Source of the DNA: Macrostomum lignano
Taxonomy: Eukaryota
Assembly: GCA_002269645.1 (NCBI GenBank)
Contig: NIVC01000082.1
Coordinates: 1 to 64,000 of the forward strand
Reading direction: 5' to 3'
DNA: 64,000 nucleotides
A program made the position numbers and the translations under genes. This document shows, one piece after another, positions 62,283-64,000 of the stretch. Position 1 is the stretch's first letter. Each line of letters begins with the position of its first letter. The notes under the pieces are model-generated. The model had not been told where the DNA came from. It worked only from the letters and a program-made list of their open reading frames with translations, and searched no databases.

Positions 62283-63513
62283 TCACCGTCTCGGCTGGGC
62301 AGTGCTTGTGGTTAGATGATCAGCTTCTACGCCAACTAGAAATATTCTGGAAAATTGAGTAACACTTGGATAGTTATTGAGGTCTTGGTACGACTAACCC
62401 TGAATCTTCAGGGGTCCCTGAAGATCAGAGTCGTACCTGACCCTGAATCTTCAGGGATCGCTACCGCTAGCCCCCGATTCTTCAGGGGTTGCTACCGCTA
62501 TCCTCCGATTCTTCAGGGGTCGCTACCGCTAGCCTCCGATACTTCAGGGGTTGCTACCGCTATCCTCCGATACTTCAGGGGTTGCTACCGCTATCCTCCG
62601 ATTCTTCAGGGGTTGCTACCGCTATCCTCCAATACTTCAGGGGTTGCTACCGCTATCCTCCGATTCTTCAGGGGTCGCTACCGCTATCCTCCGATTCTTC
62701 AGGGGTTGCTACCGCTATCCTCCGATTCTTCAGGGGTTGCTACCGCTAATCCCCGATTCTTCGGGGGTTGCTACCGCTATTCTCCGATTCTTCAGGGGTC
62801 GCTACCGCTATCCTCCGATTCTTCAGGAACTCACTTCTTGTCGTCCATTGATCCTGTATCAGACTCTGGCCCGGCTGAGTCTGGTAGAAGCATAGGTCAA
62901 TAAAATATGCTACGGAATTAATATAACAAATGAGCGGCTAATGATGTTTGAAAGCAAAACAAGAAAAAATAGACATTTTCACCTGGCTCTTTTAACAAGC
63001 CTTCGGGAGCCGCAGCGGAGAAGTGAAAGCAGCTGCTGGTCAGCAGGACGGACACTGCAACATTTACGGATTTGGTGCGATTTATATAAGGATTATTAGT
63101 GATTCAGAGTCTTTAGGGCGAAGTGTTTTGCTACAAGTGTGGCAAGTGCTGTTTTTCATCAGTCAAGTTAATAATCTAGCCATGAAGCTGTGAATTCGCA
63201 TAAACTGTAGCGAGCCTGCTTTCTACAAAGAAATGCCTGTATGAACCCTTGTTGCAATCTTGATGGAATTATCAACTTGGTTGTCTTTTTTTGTCTATGG
63301 CCGAGTGTCTATGGCTGAGTGTCTATGGTCGAGAGTGTCTAGTATGGCTGAGTTTCTATACCCGAGTGCCTATGACGGTTCCCACGGCCGAGTACCTATG
63401 ACCATTTTGAGACAAAGGAGAGCGGCGCTCAAGTACTTGCACGACCATATGCGCTCGCATGATACCTGTAGGTCATGTCACTTACCAAGCAGAAACAGAA
63501 CAAGATGCCGCAT
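62283..63513 (-). CDS. Small secreted peptide precursor (53-69 aa); last exon uncertain
   Basis: Exons 63513-63486, 63054-62983 and 62880-62835, then an acceptor at 62347 or 62336. Reads MRHLVLFLLVSVLLTSSCFHFSAAAPEGLLKEPDSAGPESDTGSMDDK...; signal-peptide-like N-terminus; strong GTAAGT/GTGAAA/GTGAGT donors. Confidence 0.6.
62395..62826. repeat. 31-bp minisatellite (CCGCTATCCTCCGATTCTTCAGGGGTTGCTA) filling intron 3 of the peptide gene
   Basis: 31-aa periodic ORFs. Confidence 0.94.
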
Positions 63514-64000
63514 TGTTGCTTTATTTACGGATGTCGGTAAAAAATTCCTTTAAAATTCGCAAATGAGCGCTGCACGAGAGAAAGAAAAACCTTCAACGCT
63601 AGCAAGCTTTACATGCATTTTGAGGCGTCAAATAAATTTGACTTCCGACATGGACAGCATGGCTTTCTCCTGTTGTCAACCAGATGTTGGCCAGGCAATT
63701 TGACACCTCTACCGTCATTTTACATGTGCACACGCGGCACTGCTCAACCATTAATGTCAAGTTTGTTTGTCAAGGTTAGTCCCAAACTTGAGAGCTGAGC
63801 TTGTAACTTGAGCGCAGTCAGCTGTTCAACGACCCTCTGGGGTCGGATGTCTAGTCCCCAAGTCTCGATTGCGGACACAGATTTTTCGACACTTTTCATA
63901 GAATTGCTATTTCAACATGTTTTCTTACATGTTGCTGCTTGTAAGGACCAATCTTGAGCACATGCTCATGAATGATACGTAACGAACAGGTAAACACAAC

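Noticed and set aside
53145-62826. Regularly spaced 20-61-bp repeats that might resemble CRISPR arrays
   Set aside because: The units are contiguous without unique spacers, there are no cas genes, and the context is a spliced eukaryotic genome.
61046-62903. (ANIESHWSTV)n and (GCYRYPPILQG..)n ORFs
   Set aside because: 30-bp and 31-bp minisatellites.

Overview
Animal (eukaryotic) genomic DNA with GC-rich exons, short or satellite-filled introns and many minisatellites. The style suggests a Macrostomum-like flatworm, but that is an inference. Spliced models were built by hand from GT/AG sites and reading-frame phase. They give: an ankyrin-repeat + caspase fusion gene (+, 2317-6019) with two single-G frameshifts and a duplicated alternative first exon at 936-959; ZRANB1/TRABID (-); an intronless disordered 358-aa orphan (-); a secreted fibrinogen-domain gene (-); a 9-exon DAAM-type formin with a degenerate FH2 and no in-frame ATG of its own (-); SPATA7 (+); NELFCD (+); and a small secreted-peptide gene (-). 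Mobile DNA includes nested hAT-type MITEs, a Harbinger-like MITE, a decayed R1/LOA-like LINE and a tRNA-derived CORE-SINE. The most notable leads are: (1) the ankyrin-caspase; (2) a RIP-like CpG/CpA->TpA mutation signature confined to repeat-derived DNA, with kb-scale CpG-free domains; (3) a formin whose start Met may be donated by a spliced leader. Most long ORFs in the supplied track are translations of tandem repeats.
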